DNA from: Coleofasciculus sp. B1-GNL1-01
GTDB taxonomy: Bacteria > Cyanobacteriota > Cyanobacteriia > Cyanobacteriales > Coleofasciculaceae
Assembly (NCBI GenBank): GCA_040220235.1
Contig: JAVJTO010000019.1
Length of the DNA stretch: 57,477 nt
Direction: 5' to 3' (one strand)
In this document: positions 20,194 to 30,106 of the stretch, in pieces
Layout: the number at the start of each line of letters is the position of its first letter
Position numbering within the stretch: the first letter of the stretch is position 1
Position numbers and translations under genes: made by a program
Notes under the pieces: generated by a model
Database searches by the model: none
What the model saw: the letters and a program-made list of their open reading frames with translations, nothing else
What the model was told of the DNA's origin: nothing

Positions 20194-21657
20194 CTAAGAA
20201 TCCGGTTGCTCGATCGCCTGTGCCACCTGCAACGCTTCAATCAGTTGAGCCATAGCATATTCTAAATGAGCGCCAGCATCAACCGCCACCCAACCATCGG
20301 TGGTTTGATGACGCCATTCAAAGTGGAGATGGGGACCCGTGGAAAATCCGGTGCTACCAACCAGCCCAATCACATTACCCTGATCCACCGATTCACCCGG
20401 TTGCACAAAAATTTCTGACAGGTGAGCATAACGGCTTTCTTGAGTCCCTTCCTCATGGCGCAAAATTACCGTGAGTCCGTAGCCACCTAAGTAATCAGCC
20501 GTAGCCACCTCACCCGGAGCCACCGCCAAAACGGGTGTCCCCGTCGGGGCAGCAATATCTGTACCCGCATGGAAACGAGATGTCCCGGTAATGGGATGGG
20601 TGCGCCACCCGAATGCTGAGCTAATTGCCGATGGAATGGTTAAGGGGAAAATAAAGCTGGCATTACCGACGATAGTACGTCCCTGGGGTCGGTTGGAGAA
20701 ATTATAGTAAGTCAGACCCGTGGGCGTGGTTTTGGATGATGCCGTTGGGGATAGAGAGGAGACAGGAGGACGGCGCGTATACTGCCTGCCCCCAGGATTA
20801 GGAGATGTGGCAACCCGTTGAACTGACCGGACTGGGCGTCTCACACTGGCATTGACCGCAACTGGAGGTGTTGGGAGTCGAGTTCCCGCTGCTGTTGCGC
20901 TTTGGGGTTGAGGTGGTTGCGGTTGAACCTGTCCGGCGTTAGCCGTTCGGCGTGTTGGCGTCGCTTGACCCCCACAACTTCCACTTGTCAGTCGTCCATT
21001 GCGCGACACGGTTTGACACCCTGTTGACCGCTCAGTCACAACCACAGTGGGTTTTTCTGTTCCCTGTGTTGCCCCCAGACTGTAGTTCGTCGAATCAATA
21101 TAGCTATTATTCGGCGCGGCTGGGGTTTGAGTTGCTGTCTGAGCCGGGGAAGGATTAACAATAACTTTTGGGGGTTTGGCTAAGGTAGCGGGAGCCGGAA
21201 TGGATAAATTCGGCGCATTTAGTCTCGGTTTTGCCGCTGGAGGTGTTGCCACTCTGGGTGTGGGTGCAGCCGGAGCCGGGGCTGGAGGCTTACTAACCGT
21301 AACCGGTGCAGGAGCCGCAGGTTTAGGCGCTGGGGGAGCAGGGGGACGGTAGGCAGGTTTAGGCGCTGGCGCTGGCGCTGGTGGTGCAACAATAGCTTGT
21401 GGTGCCGCAGGTTTAGGCTGGGCGGGAGGTGCTGGGGGCGGCGGGGTAAATTTAATCGCTGGAGGAGCAGGCGGTGCGGCTGGGGCTGCGCCTGTGTCAA
21501 TTGGTGCATCGGTTTGAGCAACAACTAAACCACTACTGAGAACACCAAGTCCTCCCATCACACTGATGCCCTGCTTCAGCCAGGGATACCGATAAAATAC
21601 GCCCGTTGGGGTGGAATTGGCGACGGTTTCTTTATTCATTTGGGACTCACTCCTCAT
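20194..21657 (-). CDS. M23 family metallopeptidase with Pro/Ala-rich N-terminal region
   Basis: HAGTD and STGPHLHFE zinc motifs. Confidence 0.92.
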   Translation of the reverse strand: MRSESQMNKETVANSTPTGVFYRYPWLKQGISVMGGLGVLSSGLVVAQTDAPIDTGAAPAAPPAPPAIKFTPPPPAPPAQPKPAAPQAIVAPPAPAPAPKPAYRPPAPPAPKPAAPAPVTVSKPPAPAPAAPTPRVATPPAAKPRLNAPNLSIPAPATLAKPPKVIVNPSPAQTATQTPAAPNNSYIDSTNYSLGATQGTEKPTVVVTERSTGCQTVSRNGRLTSGSCGGQATPTRRTANAGQVQPQPPQPQSATAAGTRLPTPPVAVNASVRRPVRSVQRVATSPNPGGRQYTRRPPVSSLSPTASSKTTPTGLTYYNFSNRPQGRTIVGNASFIFPLTIPSAISSAFGWRTHPITGTSRFHAGTDIAAPTGTPVLAVAPGEVATADYLGGYGLTVILRHEEGTQESRYAHLSEIFVQPGESVDQGNVIGLVGSTGFSTGPHLHFEWRHQTTDGWVAVDAGAHLEYAMAQLIEALQVAQAIEQPDS

Positions 21658-21777
21658 GGCTCACTCTCAATCTAATATCGAGTAAAAATTTTCAGTCAAT
21701 TTAAGGAAATTTATAGCAGAAGGCAGAAGACAAAAGGATTTTTACGGATACCTTCTCGTGAACATCCTACCCTTTAT

Positions 21778-22638
21778 TCAAGGCACATCTTGAGAATAGC
21801 CCAGACTAATTGTACCGGGCTTGAGGTGAATTTCGGGACTGATGGTGGTATCAGCATTTGTATCCATTGCCTGTGCTGAGTTTACGCTAACTCTTAGATC
21901 ACCCGTTGACGTGACGCCTTTAACGATGCCACGATGTCCGTTGACCTGAATCGAGACTCCCTGATGAAACAGTAACCTTTGATAGGACAACCGTAAATTA
22001 TCAATGCCTGATTCTAACCCGTAGTGGTATCCCGATCGCAATCCCTGGATCACGATTGCGGCTAACATTTCCAGGGAGATTACGGATGGACTCATGGATT
22101 GAGTCGCAAAAAAGGATTGTAAATTAATCCCTGTTTCTGGCACAGGATTGCTCCAGTTAATGCCTACACCAATCACCGCTTTAGTAATCTGCCCCTGAGA
22201 CAGTCGAGTTTCGGTGAGAATCCCCCCCAACTTATAGCCCAACAACAGCAGGTCATTGTGCCACTTAATCAGGACAGGAATACCATAGCATCTCAACGCT
22301 GTAGCAATGCCCCAAGCGCTGCACATCGTTAGCTGGGCGCTATTGGATGCTTCCACATTCGTGGTTAAAGCCAACGATAAGTATAGCCCACCCTGCTCCG
22401 ATTGCCATTGCCGTCCCCACTGTCCTCGTCCGGCGGTTTGTTGAGCCGCGATAACAACGGTAGGTAATGTTGTGCCTCTATCCAGCAATTCCCAGAGGGT
22501 TTGATTAGTAGAGGATAGGCTGTCAAATAAATAGATGGGACAATCCCTGATGTCTTGAAGTCCGGGGAGTCCGGCGTGGGATAGCTGTGGTGTGACGGTT
22601 TGCAGGGCTATTTCCAGAGCGTGTTGATCAAGTACCAC
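21778..22638 (-). CDS. birA: Biotin--[acetyl-CoA-carboxylase] ligase
   Basis: SSTN, QTAGRGQWGRQW, KWxND and KLGGIL motifs. Confidence 0.93.
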   Translation of the reverse strand: MVLDQHALEIALQTVTPQLSHAGLPGLQDIRDCPIYLFDSLSSTNQTLWELLDRGTTLPTVVIAAQQTAGRGQWGRQWQSEQGGLYLSLALTTNVEASNSAQLTMCSAWGIATALRCYGIPVLIKWHNDLLLLGYKLGGILTETRLSQGQITKAVIGVGINWSNPVPETGINLQSFFATQSMSPSVISLEMLAAIVIQGLRSGYHYGLESGIDNLRLSYQRLLFHQGVSIQVNGHRGIVKGVTSTGDLRVSVNSAQAMDTNADTTISPEIHLKPGTISLGYSQDVP

Positions 22639-22713
22639 TACAGCGTAAAGGTGAGTAAGCTAGTTTATTGTACTCCTGTGCTTCGCTCTTTTTGACACAG
22701 CAGATGATAAACC

Positions 22714-23523
22714 ATGAATCATGAAGAAAAATCAATGCATACGTGGCACTGGCAAACGTGGGATAACTTACCCTATCTAACCTGTAGCCTTCTCAAACCT
22801 TGGCATCACGGCTTTTTCACCTCGGCGTTTTCACCCCGTCCCCCTGACCAAATCGTTGAAGTCTTGCAGCCTGAAGCGGATGTTTATCGGGTACGTCAAG
22901 TCCATGGCAATACTGTCTTGACCCCCTCGGAAATTGTCAGTTCAGCCAGTCAACAAGAGACTCAGACACCTGAAAAGCCAAAGGCTGATGGTATCCTCAC
23001 AGAAAAATCCCAGCAAGCGGTATGGGTTTGTACGGCTGATTGTACACCTGTATTGATTGGGGATGAACAAACGGGACAAGTCGCAGCTATTCATGCGGGA
23101 TGGCGAGGAACAGCGGCTCGAATTGTGCCAAATACGATCGCACGATTCCTCGAAACTGGTAGCCGCCTAGACAATCTGAGGGTTGCCATGGGACCTGCGA
23201 TCGCGCCAGAAGTGTATCAAGTTTCGGAAACCGTCGCCATAGAAGTCGGTTCTAGTATTATCCTGACGGATCAAACAAATACTGAATCAATTTTGCCGCA
23301 ATTACAGCAACTGTCCGACTCCCCCATTTTCGATGACCCCCATCCAGGACGAGTCCGGTTAGATGTACGGCGGGTAAACGCTATACAACTCGAACAACTC
23401 GGCTTCCAGGATGAACAAGTCGCGATCGCGCCTCACTGTACCTATCAGCAACCGGAGTATTTTTTCTCCTATCGTCGTACTCAACAAAAAAATGTGCAGT
23501 GGTCAGGAATTGTCAGTAAGTAG
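22714..23523 (+). CDS. pgeF: Peptidoglycan editing factor / purine nucleoside phosphorylase (YfiH family)
   Basis: QVHG, TADCTPVL, HAGWRG and FFSYRR motifs. Confidence 0.93.
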   Translation: MNHEEKSMHTWHWQTWDNLPYLTCSLLKPWHHGFFTSAFSPRPPDQIVEVLQPEADVYRVRQVHGNTVLTPSEIVSSASQQETQTPEKPKADGILTEKSQQAVWVCTADCTPVLIGDEQTGQVAAIHAGWRGTAARIVPNTIARFLETGSRLDNLRVAMGPAIAPEVYQVSETVAIEVGSSIILTDQTNTESILPQLQQLSDSPIFDDPHPGRVRLDVRRVNAIQLEQLGFQDEQVAIAPHCTYQQPEYFFSYRRTQQKNVQWSGIVSK

Positions 23524-23554
23524 GTGGGGATAATTAATGTGAACGGTGGGAATC

Positions 23555-23787
23555 GTCATTTGTCATTTGTCATTTGTCATTTGTCATACTTGCGGTCTTT
23601 GAGTTCCTGTAGGTTGGGTAGAGCGACAGCGAAACCCAACAGGCTATACTAAATCCGGGTTAACCATCTCCATTATGGTCGAGATAAGGCAACAGGCAAC
23701 AGTTCATCTGGCAACAGTAAAAGTACCCAAGGTATAAAAGGGGTTACAAAGGCGGACTTGATATCACCTCTCAACAAAACCCGCCCT
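23555..23787. repeat. Mixed repeat cluster (STRR, GTAG-type REP, MITE-like unit)
   Basis: (GTCATTT)n; GTAGGTTGGGTAGAGCGACAGCGAAACCCAAC; imperfect inverted ends ATACTAAATCCG...CGGACTTGATAT around GGCAACA repeats. Confidence 0.7.
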
Positions 23788-23814
23788 TTGTCACAAAAGG
23801 GGCTATTTGGTATT

Positions 23815-26800
23815 TTATTGGGCATTACCGATTAAGATAAAGGGTGACCAATAGAAGGGATGGCGCTCAACCTGCTGGAGTTTGGCTTGACGCAGGGCTT
23901 CTCCTTTGCTCATACCCTGATTGATATTTCGATAAAACTGACTCATAATTTCCGATGTTGTCTCATCCTCTGCATTCCACAGACTTGCCATCACTGCCTT
24001 GGCACCTGCCCGTTCAAATAAGTAAGCGATACCTGCAATTTCCCGCCCGTCTGACTCTTCTCGCAGAGCCGTTTGACAAGCGCTGAGGACAAGAAGTTCG
24101 GTATTTTGCATTCCCAATCGCGCTGCATTGGCAATGTTGAAGGATTCATTGGCAAACAGGAGAGTATTGGGTTCCATATCGATGCGGCGCACATCACTAC
24201 AGTCTTCCTCTTCCCCCAGACAGCAACCTTCCGTTTCAAAACAGCCGTGAGTGGCGAGGTGGAGAACTTGGAAACGGGGGGCTTGGAGTTTGAAGGTTTC
24301 CAAAGTAGCTTCGTTACCGAGGTAGATTTCACTTCCAGGTAGGAGGTTGGGCAGGTTTTTGATTTCCGCTTCCGCACCGGGTAAATGATAGGGGGCTTCT
24401 GGGCGGGGATTACCTAATCCTAACGCCCTACCCTGTAGAGAATTTCTGGTGTCTGCCAGTTGCAGGGAATTAACACTTAAGCGAGTAAAGTAGTTGATGG
24501 GATAGTTTTCAATTAAGAATTTGCCTGTGTCTCGGTCGTAGAGGGTTTCAAAGGGAATGTAGCGCAGTTTGTTTGTGGCGATGATGGCGAGTTGGCTAGG
24601 AGAGAATGCCTGGATTTGGTCTTCAATGGGGTCAATTAACAATTCATAGAGTTCACCCCCGATACGGCGGTAGCCCGGTTTTTTGCGGTCTTGTAATATC
24701 TCTCGGTAGTCAGTGATTAGGGTATCTAATTTATCAGGTTCTACAGGGACTTTTTTAACGGCGATGGGTTGGTTTTTGGTGAAGATAAAGACAGCGATGC
24801 TATTAGACAATAGCACTGGCTGAATGACCACTGTACCATCAGGAATCCTGGCTTGGAGTTTGTCAATATCATCGGGAGTCGTTTCTAGGAGTTCGGCAAC
24901 TTCGGGATACTGGCGAGAGATTTCTTCAGCTTCTTGGTTTACCTGTGCCTCTAATTCCCGAAATTGGCGAGAGCGTTCCTCAGAAAATTTTTCTTGTAAT
25001 TGCTGGCGTAGGAATTCTAATCGCTGCTTTTTTTGATTCCACTGGTCAAGGGCTTGTTGGGTTTGGCTATTACTAACTTGGGCATCAATCAGGCGGGTGT
25101 AGTCAGCGAGTTGGGCGGTGCTGTAAAGGTTAATCCATTTAAAGGCTTGTTCGGGTTTATTTTGGTCAATCAAAAGGTTAGTTAGAGCCGTGGCACGTTC
25201 TCGGTTATTTTGTAAAAATGACTGTCGATTTTCTCGCCGCAAACCCCGACGCATTTCTAAGGTAATAGTGACAGATTGCTTGAGGTTTTTTATCGCCTGC
25301 TGCGGTTGTCCGATGATATTGTAGATCTCACCGATATTATAGAAAATGGTGGCTTCACCGGAGCGGAAGTCCACTTCCTGGCTAATCGGCAAGGCTTGGT
25401 TGTAGTATTCCAATGCCTTTTGTGGTTGTCCGATGTCATCGTAGACCGCACCGATATTATTAAGTGTGACTGCTTCCCCGGAGCGGTCGTCCACTTCCCG
25501 GCGAATGGACAAGGCTTGGTTGTAGTATTCTAATGCTTTTTGCGGTTGTCCAATGTCATCATAGACCCCACCGATATTATTGAGTGTGGTAGCTTGTTGG
25601 GAGCGCAAGCCCACTTCTCTGCTAATCGGCAAGGCTTGGTTGTAGTATTCTAGTGCCTTTTGCGGTTTTCCGATGTCCTCGTAGACCCCACCAATATTAT
25701 GGAGAGTGGTGGCTTGTTGGGAGCGCAAGCCCACTTCCTGGCTAATCGGCAAGGCTTGGTTGTAGTATTCCAATGCCTTTTGTGGTTGCCCGATGCCACG
25801 GTAGACCGCACCGATATTATTGAGAGTGGTGGCTTCTTGTGGGCGGTCACTCACTTCCCGGCTAATCGGCAAAGCTTGGTTGTAGTATTCTAATGCCTTT
25901 TGTGGTTGCCCGATGTCATTGTAGACCGCACCGATATTATTGAATGTGACCGCTTCCCCGGAATGATCGCCTACCTCCTGGCGAATGGGCAAGGCTTGGT
26001 TAAAGTGTTCTAATGCCTTTTGCGGTTGCCCGATGGCATCGTAGACCAAGCCGATATTATTAAGTGTGACCGCTTCCCGGAAACGGTCGTCCACCTCCCA
26101 GCTAATGAGCAAAGCTTGGTTGAAGTAGTCTAATGCCTTTTGCGGTTGCCCAATGTCATGGTAGACTGTACCGATATTATTGAGAATGCTGGCTTCCCCG
26201 GAGCGGTCGCCCACTTCCCGGCTAATGGACAAGGCTTGGTTGAAGTAGTCTAATGCCTTTTGCGGTTGCCCAATGTCACGGTAGACTGTACCGATATTAT
26301 TGAGAGTGGTGGCTTCTCGTAAGTGATCACCGACTTTCCGGTGAATGGACAAGGCTTGGTTGTAGTAGTTTAATGCCTTTTGCGGTTGTCCGATAACATC
26401 GTAGACACCACCGATATTATTGAGTGTGGTGGCTTCTTGTGGGCGATCGCCCGCTTCCTGGCTAATGGGTAAGGCTTGGTTGTAGTAGTCTAATGCCTTT
26501 TGTGGTTGTCCGATGTCATCGTAGACCAAGCCGATATTATTGAGTGTGACCGCTTCCCCGGAGCGATCACTGACTTCCCGACTAATGGGCAAGGCTTGGT
26601 TAAAGTAGTCTAATGCCTTTTGCGGTTGCCCGATGTGATTGTAGACCAAGCCGATATTGTTGAGAGTGGTGGCTTCTTGTGGGTGATCGCCGACTTCCCG
26701 GTGAATGGACAAGGCTTGGTTGTAGTAGTCTAAGGCTTGCTGAGGCTGACCAATGTTATCGTAATTCAACCCCAGTCCCAGCAATACAGCCGCTTCGATT

Positions 26801-27024
26801 TCTCTGACTTGAAGTTGTCGCGCCAAGGCTAAAGCCTGCTGAAGTGTCTCTATGGCTTGTTGGGGTTGTTCTTGCCCCATCTGCTGTAAAGCTTGGTCTA
26901 CAAGCGCTTCCAAATCTGCCTGTAAATCCTGTGTTTGCGCCCCACTGCGTTGAACCATCAACGGCACAGTTACAGGAACTAAGCCAATACTGACGGCTAA
27001 AAAACTTGATAGAACTTGTCGCAT
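23815..27024 (-). CDS. TPR-repeat CHAT-domain (caspase-like) protease with N-terminal signal-like peptide
   Basis: Thirteen 40-aa TPR units; catalytic-type motifs HLATHG and VLSACQT; ASLW; HPFYWSPF; probable start MRQVLSS. Confidence 0.92.
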   Translation of the reverse strand: MRQVLSSFLAVSIGLVPVTVPLMVQRSGAQTQDLQADLEALVDQALQQMGQEQPQQAIETLQQALALARQLQVREIEAAVLLGLGLNYDNIGQPQQALDYYNQALSIHREVGDHPQEATTLNNIGLVYNHIGQPQKALDYFNQALPISREVSDRSGEAVTLNNIGLVYDDIGQPQKALDYYNQALPISQEAGDRPQEATTLNNIGGVYDVIGQPQKALNYYNQALSIHRKVGDHLREATTLNNIGTVYRDIGQPQKALDYFNQALSISREVGDRSGEASILNNIGTVYHDIGQPQKALDYFNQALLISWEVDDRFREAVTLNNIGLVYDAIGQPQKALEHFNQALPIRQEVGDHSGEAVTFNNIGAVYNDIGQPQKALEYYNQALPISREVSDRPQEATTLNNIGAVYRGIGQPQKALEYYNQALPISQEVGLRSQQATTLHNIGGVYEDIGKPQKALEYYNQALPISREVGLRSQQATTLNNIGGVYDDIGQPQKALEYYNQALSIRREVDDRSGEAVTLNNIGAVYDDIGQPQKALEYYNQALPISQEVDFRSGEATIFYNIGEIYNIIGQPQQAIKNLKQSVTITLEMRRGLRRENRQSFLQNNRERATALTNLLIDQNKPEQAFKWINLYSTAQLADYTRLIDAQVSNSQTQQALDQWNQKKQRLEFLRQQLQEKFSEERSRQFRELEAQVNQEAEEISRQYPEVAELLETTPDDIDKLQARIPDGTVVIQPVLLSNSIAVFIFTKNQPIAVKKVPVEPDKLDTLITDYREILQDRKKPGYRRIGGELYELLIDPIEDQIQAFSPSQLAIIATNKLRYIPFETLYDRDTGKFLIENYPINYFTRLSVNSLQLADTRNSLQGRALGLGNPRPEAPYHLPGAEAEIKNLPNLLPGSEIYLGNEATLETFKLQAPRFQVLHLATHGCFETEGCCLGEEEDCSDVRRIDMEPNTLLFANESFNIANAARLGMQNTELLVLSACQTALREESDGREIAGIAYLFERAGAKAVMASLWNAEDETTSEIMSQFYRNINQGMSKGEALRQAKLQQVERHPFYWSPFILIGNAQ
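25240..26800 (-). repeat. Intragenic 120-bp tandem repeat (13 TPR units)
   Basis: CCGATATTATTGAG and AAGGCTTGGTTGTAGTA recur every 120 bp. Confidence 0.9.
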
Positions 27025-27043
27025 AGCACCCCATCCTCTACAA

Positions 27044-27631
27044 CTAACGGTCAATCGGTGTTGCTTTAATTGTCATCGTTTGTCCCGACGAGTCAAATTC
27101 AATCGCATCCACAACATAGACACTATCTCTGGAAATCGAGAGAATATCTTGTAAATCTTCACCTCTTAAGACAGTTCCTAATCTCAGACTCGCCGTTTGC
27201 TGATTTTGTACTTGAAACGCTGCAATCGGCACTCCTCGCCAAACTTGCTGTCCCCGGGTAGAGGGATTGAGTCCTCGGAACTTTCTCACCCTTTGCCCCT
27301 CTCGATTGCGAATCCACACATCCCCCTGAAACTCGACCCGATTCACTTGGCGCAGGGGTAAAGTTTCTGAGACATTATCCAGAGAAATTGTCAGCCCCTG
27401 CTCACTCAGCGCCGTCAATTGACCACTCATCGAACCCCCCTGGTTTGACCACACCAAGGCAGAGTTGGGTAGCGCTACTGGCAACGATTGGGCTTGTGTG
27501 CTGGCTGTTTGAGCAATTTCACTGGGTATGCTCATCGTGGTTTGAGCATACCCGATTTGTCCAAGACCTGAAACCAGTAGGGTCAGGGGAATAATTTTCA
27601 GTGCCGTTTTCATCGCTTTGATGGTACTCAT
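27044..27631 (-). CDS. Hypothetical exported protein
   Basis: 195 aa with signal-peptide-like N-terminus (...LLVSGLGQIGYA-Q); ends 20 bp before the probable CHAT start. Confidence 0.75.
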   Translation of the reverse strand: MSTIKAMKTALKIIPLTLLVSGLGQIGYAQTTMSIPSEIAQTASTQAQSLPVALPNSALVWSNQGGSMSGQLTALSEQGLTISLDNVSETLPLRQVNRVEFQGDVWIRNREGQRVRKFRGLNPSTRGQQVWRGVPIAAFQVQNQQTASLRLGTVLRGEDLQDILSISRDSVYVVDAIEFDSSGQTMTIKATPIDR

Positions 27632-27643
27632 CAGCCCGGTAAT

Positions 27644-28561
27644 ATGATTGAATTGAATGCTGCTGGGAGAAAGTCTGTGGTTTCCACTCCCCCCGATCCT
27701 AACGAACCCAATCTATTTGCCAATCTCACCAGTTTCGTGGTCTTACTCGGTGCGGGGTTGTACTTCACGGGTTGGACATACCGTTGGGCATATTTCCATT
27801 TTTTTCACATTGACGTTTCCACCCTCAACTTACCCATCGAATCCTTCTATATCGCCGCCTTCCACGCCCTTTTTGGCTCTCCCTTGGCGATTTTAAGAAC
27901 TGCGATCGCGCTTATCCTCACTGCCATTGCCATTCACCTCACCCTCTGGCTGATACAAAACCAGGTGACGATGACGCTCACTACCCTGACCAAGAGAATG
28001 CGATCGCGTCTCCTCGATTACACCAGACGACATCCCAATGCGTGGCTAGCCAAAGCACTACAATCCTTGGTTAACTTTAGTTCAACTCAGTTTCATTCGC
28101 TGCAATTTCTCGCCTCTGTTGCCATCGAAATTATCATTGTGTTGTGGGGATTAACCGCTCTATTTTGGCTAGCACAATGGCAAGCTGATAGGGATGCTTG
28201 GCTAGATGCGGTTAACGAAACCTCCACCCTCCCTATCATCACCTTTGTTGCCCCAAAAGACATTACTCCCCTCGGACGCCAACTGAACAATCCCCTGGTC
28301 AATCCTTCCGGCTTCCGGATTATTGGCGACCGAGATTTATACGAACAACTTCTCGGTCAAGAACTCACCGATACCAGCAATTCAGAAAAGCCAATCGTTT
28401 GGCGCTTACTCATTGACCGCAACGGTTATTTTTATATCTTTCCCGCCTTACCCGAAAAGCGCGATCACACCTTTAGTCCACCTGTTGTGATGATGTACGA
28501 GAGTGGAGATGGCAATCAGCTAATGATTCTGAGTCCTCCCACCTCCCAGCAGTTGAGGTAA
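27644..28561 (+). CDS. Hypothetical membrane protein
   Basis: 305-aa ORF with about 3 TM segments; alternative GTG start at 27677 after GGAGA. Confidence 0.75.
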   Translation: MIELNAAGRKSVVSTPPDPNEPNLFANLTSFVVLLGAGLYFTGWTYRWAYFHFFHIDVSTLNLPIESFYIAAFHALFGSPLAILRTAIALILTAIAIHLTLWLIQNQVTMTLTTLTKRMRSRLLDYTRRHPNAWLAKALQSLVNFSSTQFHSLQFLASVAIEIIIVLWGLTALFWLAQWQADRDAWLDAVNETSTLPIITFVAPKDITPLGRQLNNPLVNPSGFRIIGDRDLYEQLLGQELTDTSNSEKPIVWRLLIDRNGYFYIFPALPEKRDHTFSPPVVMMYESGDGNQLMILSPPTSQQLR

Positions 28562-28682
28562 TACTTTCTCTCAAAAGCAAACCCTGTCTGATACTTAACG
28601 TACTGATTAGACTTTAATTCATTTGGCAACGCAATAATTTAGTGCGAATTGTCAAGGGCTTAGCGATCGCACTTCCCGTTAC

Positions 28683-28894
28683 AAGTCACTCAAAGCCCTC
28701 AACTGACTACAGGAAAGACGATGAACCTAAGATATTTTGCTTGAAAGCACATAAATCTCAAGCAAGTAGGTTGGGTTACTTTTCGAGAAGGCTTCCTTTA
28801 CTATCAGTCGTCGGACAAATGGTTAATGCTGACTGAGCTAAACGGGAGAACCCCACGACTTGAACGTCAGCTCAAGCCGCCGTGGGATTATCAA
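28683..28894 (+). mobile_element. Miniature non-autonomous IS200/IS605-like element (212 bp)
   Basis: Follows TTAC (28679-28682); ends in hairpin CCCACG...CGTGGG then TCAA; removal restores an in-frame stop for the adjacent gene. Confidence 0.6.
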
Positions 28895-29691
28895 GTTTCC
28901 GACGCTGTCGTTTGACCAATGAACGGTGACAGGTAAGCCACTAACGCCCCTAGCGCAAACGCCAATACATTCCGGAATAAAGGCAACCATTCAGCCGTCC
29001 GAGTGACAACTGGACCGATTCCGAAAGCAATGAAGAGAATACCCCACAAAGGAGAAAAGATTAATGCCCATTGCCAAGCCACAAGTTGTCCATCTTTGCG
29101 AGGAATCGCCGCAAATCCCAAAACGACACCACCCACCAAAGAGGTAATCAGGGTGAGAATCCACTGTTCTTGAGGCAAGCCAGGAACAACTCGACATCCA
29201 CCCTTATTTAGGCAGGTTTTAACCGTGTCTAATGACTTGACAATTGCTTGGTTTTCCCCATTCTCGCGCACAAAGTAGAGATTACCAAAGCGTGTCTGTA
29301 ACTCGACCCAAAAGGTACGGGGTAGAAATTGATATAAATCATCGCCCACATTAAAGCCCAACAGATTACCGCCGCGTGGGTCAGCAATCAGTAAAACGCT
29401 TTTATCATTGAGTCCCCAGTAATCGCGAACGGCTAAACCGGGTGTACGGTCATATTGGGTTAATACCCGCAGCTTCCAGCCTGTTTGTGCCTCAAAGGTT
29501 TCTATGTCTTGAATTAAGGCTTCCTCTTGAAGCTGGGGCAGCAGATTCGCCAAGTCAATAATGGGCGTCTGGGTTTCCGGGAGTAGATCGGGGTTGTTAT
29601 AAGCCTGGGCAGATGGTGCGATCGCCCAAACAGAGCCAGCCAGACAAAACGCCACCAAGATTACCAAAAATCGTTTTACAAGATCCAGCAT
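28891..29691 (-). CDS. TPM-domain membrane protein
   Basis: TPIIDLAN, GWKLRVLTQ, FWVELQTRFGN, GGCRVVPGLP and three C-terminal TM segments. Confidence 0.88.
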   Translation of the reverse strand: MLDLVKRFLVILVAFCLAGSVWAIAPSAQAYNNPDLLPETQTPIIDLANLLPQLQEEALIQDIETFEAQTGWKLRVLTQYDRTPGLAVRDYWGLNDKSVLLIADPRGGNLLGFNVGDDLYQFLPRTFWVELQTRFGNLYFVRENGENQAIVKSLDTVKTCLNKGGCRVVPGLPQEQWILTLITSLVGGVVLGFAAIPRKDGQLVAWQWALIFSPLWGILFIAFGIGPVVTRTAEWLPLFRNVLAFALGALVAYLSPFIGQTTASET

Positions 29692-29798
29692 TGCGATACA
29701 CAGAACAATGGACAGGGGGGAAATATCTTAAACGGGAGATAAGGTTAGGTTAAGGTACAAGTTTCTTTACACTTGTTTACTTTACTCTAATATTTGGG

Positions 29799-30106
29799 AT
29801 TTGTCATTTGTCATTTGTCATTCGTCATTCGTCATTCGTCATTTGTCATACTCGCGAAGCGAGAAGCAAGCTACGTCATTTGTGATAATTGAACGGTTAG
29901 GTCAGGGCGGGTTTAGTTATATCAGGGTGAAAACGAAATGTTAGTGGTAAAACCCGCCCCTACATAAAGATGTTTCATCGGAATGTCTCAGCTTCCCTAA
30001 CTTCCCCAACTGCCCCCGCTCCCTCTGCTCCCTCTGCTCCCCCAGCTCCCTCTGCTCCCAGACGTGCCATGGCACGTCTCTACATTGCTTCCCCAACTTC
30101 CCTATC
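29799..30106. repeat. Composite repeat cassette (STRR + REP core + 9-mer arrays)
   Basis: Core at 29876-29965 is nearly identical to 14468-14557; also AGACGTGCCATGGCACGTCTCTAC. Confidence 0.85.

Noticed and set aside
20700..21500. Pro/Ala-rich low-complexity region as a novel repeat system
   Set aside because: It is an ordinary linker of a cell-wall M23 peptidase with no regular DNA repeat unit.
25240..26800. 120-bp periodic repeats as a CRISPR array or DGR template/variable repeats
   Set aside because: They are in-frame TPR coding units with no unique spacers, and no cas or reverse transcriptase gene is in the window.
28642..28836. 64-aa ORF
   Set aside because: It spans the junction of the mini-IS element and has no recognisable protein features.
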